Assembly (NCBI GenBank): GCA_965243025.1
Contig: CBDETY010000003.1
Span: 3,424,001-3,488,000 of the forward strand
Source of the DNA: Candidatus Latescibacterota bacterium
Lineage (GTDB): Bacteria > Latescibacterota > UBA2968 > UBA8231
Length of the DNA: 64,000 nucleotides
Reading direction: 5' to 3'
Part shown: piece by piece, positions 61,462 through 64,000 of the stretch
How positions within the stretch are numbered: position 1 is the stretch's first letter
How the letters are laid out: every line of letters begins with the position of its first letter
Program-made: the position numbers and the translations under genes
Notes under the pieces: generated by a model
Told to the model about the DNA's origin: nothing
The model's input: only the letters and a program-made list of their open reading frames with translations
Databases searched by the model: none

Positions 61462-62316
61462 ATGACCGCATACGAGAAATACCTGTTCGATCTCAACGGC
61501 TACATCCTCGTCCCCGGGGCCCTGACCCCGGGGCAGGTCGACGCCATGAACGAGGCGATCGATCACAACCGCGACCAGATCCACATCCGCACCCGCGAGC
61601 AGGCCCTCGACGGCAGCCTCGAGGAGCAGGGCGGGCGCGCCGCCGAAGGCCTCGTGGGGGACCACGGCCGCGGCGACTTCGGCAACTTCCTGTTCTGGGA
61701 GGAGCCCTGGTGCAGGGTGTTCCGCGAAGTCGTCACCCTCCCCGGCATCCTGCGGGCGATGGTGGAGGTGATCGGCCCCCGCTTCCGCATGGCAGGCACC
61801 GCGGGCATCAGCATGACCCGGGGCAGCGAGGGGTTCATCTTCCACGGCGGGGGCACCCCCGAGCTCGACCACATGCGCGACGTCTTCTACCACCGCTTCG
61901 AGAACGGGCGCATGAACAACGGCCTGGTGTCGGTGAGCTACTCCCTCGGCGAGGTCGGTCCTGAGGACGGGGGCTTCGCCTGCATCCCGGGGAGCCACAA
62001 GGCCAACTACCTCTGCCCCCTGGAAGTGCGCCGCCTCGAAGTCGACCTCGGGTGCATCCGCCATATCCCGATGCGGGCCGGCGACGCGGTGATCTTCACC
62101 GAGGCCCTCACCCACGGGACCCTGCCCTGGAAAGCCGCCCACGAACGGCGGCTGCTGCGCTACCTCTACTCCCCTTCGTCCCACCTCCACAGCTACAACC
62201 CCCAGTGGGAGGAGATCGAGCTGTCGGCGCTGGAGCGCGCTCTCCTCGGACCTCCGAGCCACCCTGGCGAGAACATCGAGGCGCTGCTGAACGGGCGCAC
62301 CCCCGGCCGCGCCTGA
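61462..62316 (+). CDS. PhyH-family dioxygenase-like protein (HGG motif)
   Basis: FHGG, IPGSHK, FTEALTHG. Confidence 0.85.
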   Translation: MTAYEKYLFDLNGYILVPGALTPGQVDAMNEAIDHNRDQIHIRTREQALDGSLEEQGGRAAEGLVGDHGRGDFGNFLFWEEPWCRVFREVVTLPGILRAMVEVIGPRFRMAGTAGISMTRGSEGFIFHGGGTPELDHMRDVFYHRFENGRMNNGLVSVSYSLGEVGPEDGGFACIPGSHKANYLCPLEVRRLEVDLGCIRHIPMRAGDAVIFTEALTHGTLPWKAAHERRLLRYLYSPSSHLHSYNPQWEEIELSALERALLGPPSHPGENIEALLNGRTPGRA

Positions 62317-62317
62317 T

Positions 62318-63163
62318 TCAGAACACCAGCAGCATCGACCCGGCGCCGGCCGCGGCCCCTGCGGCGGTAAGCGGGGAAACCCTTTCCCGCCAGACCGCGC
62401 GGGCGAACAGGATGTCCATGATCACCACGGCGCAGCCGGCGATCGGGAAGAACCGGGCGCTCGAGAGGCGCGCCAGGGTGATGAGAAAGATCGCCAGCGC
62501 CAGGGCGTTGAAGACGCCAATGCCCACCCCCATGCGCACCCCGTCCCAGGTCGGGGACCTGCCCGCGAACCCTAAGGCCAGAGCCCCGAGCATGCCGGCG
62601 CTGCCGGTGGTCACCAGCAGCACCTCGAGCTCATGGCCGTCGAGGCCGGCGTGATGCACCCAGCGCGCGCAGGTGTGGCTCACTCCCTGGAGCAGGCAGA
62701 CCCCTGCCGCGAGAACCGCCTGTGGCACCACCCCCCGCATGCCCAGGCCCCTTGTTCCGGCGCTCATCAGCACCAGCGAAACCATCGCCATGGAGACGCC
62801 GACGAGCTGCCGCGCCGATATCTCCTCGTTCCACAACAGCACGGAAACGGCGATCGGCACGACGATCGACAGGCGGAAGGCGGTGAGGACGACAGCGGCG
62901 TCGGAAACCTCGAGGGCCCAGGTCATCAGGAACATCGAGACCATGAAGGAAAACCCGGTTACTCCCCCGACGAGGACCACCGTGGACCCCAGCTCGATTC
63001 CGCCCCGCCACTGCAGGTACGCCGCCAGGACCGCGGCGGCGACCAGGTAGTTGACGGTGACCACCAACGGTCCGAAGCAGCCGCGGCGCTGCGACCACTT
63101 GAAGAGCTGGCCGAACAGGAAGGAGGTAACGACCGCCAGAACGAGAAGCAGGGTGGAGCTGAT
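62318..63163 (-). CDS. EamA/DMT family transporter (start uncertain)
   Basis: ~10 TM in two repeats; the in-frame first TM lies upstream of the first canonical start (63067). Confidence 0.75.
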   Translation of the reverse strand: MSSTLLLVLAVVTSFLFGQLFKWSQRRGCFGPLVVTVNYLVAAAVLAAYLQWRGGIELGSTVVLVGGVTGFSFMVSMFLMTWALEVSDAAVVLTAFRLSIVVPIAVSVLLWNEEISARQLVGVSMAMVSLVLMSAGTRGLGMRGVVPQAVLAAGVCLLQGVSHTCARWVHHAGLDGHELEVLLVTTGSAGMLGALALGFAGRSPTWDGVRMGVGIGVFNALALAIFLITLARLSSARFFPIAGCAVVIMDILFARAVWRERVSPLTAAGAAAGAGSMLLVF

Positions 63164-63170
63164 GGGAATC

Positions 63171-63998
63171 CTACTGCGGCAGGTGGCGGAGAAAGAACTC
63201 CAGCCAGTTCAGGTGCAGGATGCGGTCGATATCGCCGTCGGAGTAGCCGCGGCTGTCGAGAATCTCCTCGACTCTGCGCAGGTCGGCGCTGGTCCGGTAA
63301 TCCACGGGCATGTGGTCGGTGGTGCCGGTGTCCGTGCCGATGGCCGCGTGGCAGGCGTTGCCGGCGAGCTGGCAGACGTGGTCGATATGGTCGACCACCT
63401 TCTCCATCCGCAGGTCCCCGGGCTCTGACTCGTAGACCACCCAGCCCGGCACCAGCATCCAGGCGTCGAAAGCGGAGCCGACGACGGCGTCCCGCTCGAT
63501 CAGCAGCTTCAGCTGCTCGTCGGAAAACTGGCGGTCTCCGGGAACCAGGGCGCGGCAGTTGGTGTGGCTGGCGATCACCGGACCGCCGAAGGAATCCAGG
63601 GACTGAAAGAAGGCCTGGTCGGCGGTGTGCGTGAGATCGAGGACCATGCCGGCCCGCTCGAACTCGCGCAGCAGCTCGAACCCTTTGCGGGTCAACGGCC
63701 CGTCGGCGCCGGTGCCCTGGGCGTAGTGACCCGGTCCGAAGTGGGCGAGGCTGACCGAGCGCACCCCGTCGGCGTACCAGTCGGCGGCCTGCGCGGGCTC
63801 GACGATGGGGTCGGCGCATTCCATCGATACGATGATGCCGACGGGCAGGTCATCCCTGGTTTCCGCCTGGCTCCAGCTCTGCCAGTGGGACCGCAACCCG
63901 GCAGCGGTTGCGATCAGGGCGACCTCACCCTGCCGCTGCAGGGCGCGGTAGTAGGCGAGCTGCCCCTGGGCCCAGGCGTATGCCATGGATTGGGTACC
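63171..63998 (-). CDS. Membrane dipeptidase (peptidase M19), 5'-partial
   Basis: SME.A.PI, DLTH, ASHTN, HIDH, IGTD, NWL.F. Confidence 0.9.
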   Translation of the reverse strand, partial: GTQSMAYAWAQGQLAYYRALQRQGEVALIATAAGLRSHWQSWSQAETRDDLPVGIIVSMECADPIVEPAQAADWYADGVRSVSLAHFGPGHYAQGTGADGPLTRKGFELLREFERAGMVLDLTHTADQAFFQSLDSFGGPVIASHTNCRALVPGDRQFSDEQLKLLIERDAVVGSAFDAWMLVPGWVVYESEPGDLRMEKVVDHIDHVCQLAGNACHAAIGTDTGTTDHMPVDYRTSADLRRVEEILDSRGYSDGDIDRILHLNWLEFFLRHLPQ

Positions 63999-64000
63999 GA

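Overview
GC-rich bacterial window. The gene content (C-terminal TWGRIKA-motif secreted proteins, an FlgD-Ig protein, five PhyH-like dioxygenases, a fused hybrid kinase) resembles Latescibacterota/Poribacteria-type genomes; this taxonomy is inference only. Region 1-3.8 kb is housekeeping/metabolic. Region ~3.8-34.2 kb is an IS-riddled accessory/defence island. Most of it (3.8-30.3 kb) lies between two direct copies of a ~1 kb segment carrying an SDR gene. It holds an apparently intact three-gene pPIWI-RE module (HTH-fused REase, DinG-type SF2 helicase, PIWI-RE/Argonaute-like protein; 21.7-29.2 kb), an IS3-interrupted HEPN-motif gene, a UDG-like gene, two identical inverted IS1182/IS5-like copies, IS3, IS481 and IS5 pieces, and four IS91-like fragments, one ending in an 11 x 9 bp tandem array of its own terminal motif. 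Region 34-64 kb is metabolic: PhyH-like enzymes (four with an unusual HxG...E-x3-H metal motif), dehydrogenases, a TRAP transporter, a sialidase-like protein and a dipeptidase. All product calls come from motif recognition by eye; no database searches were run.
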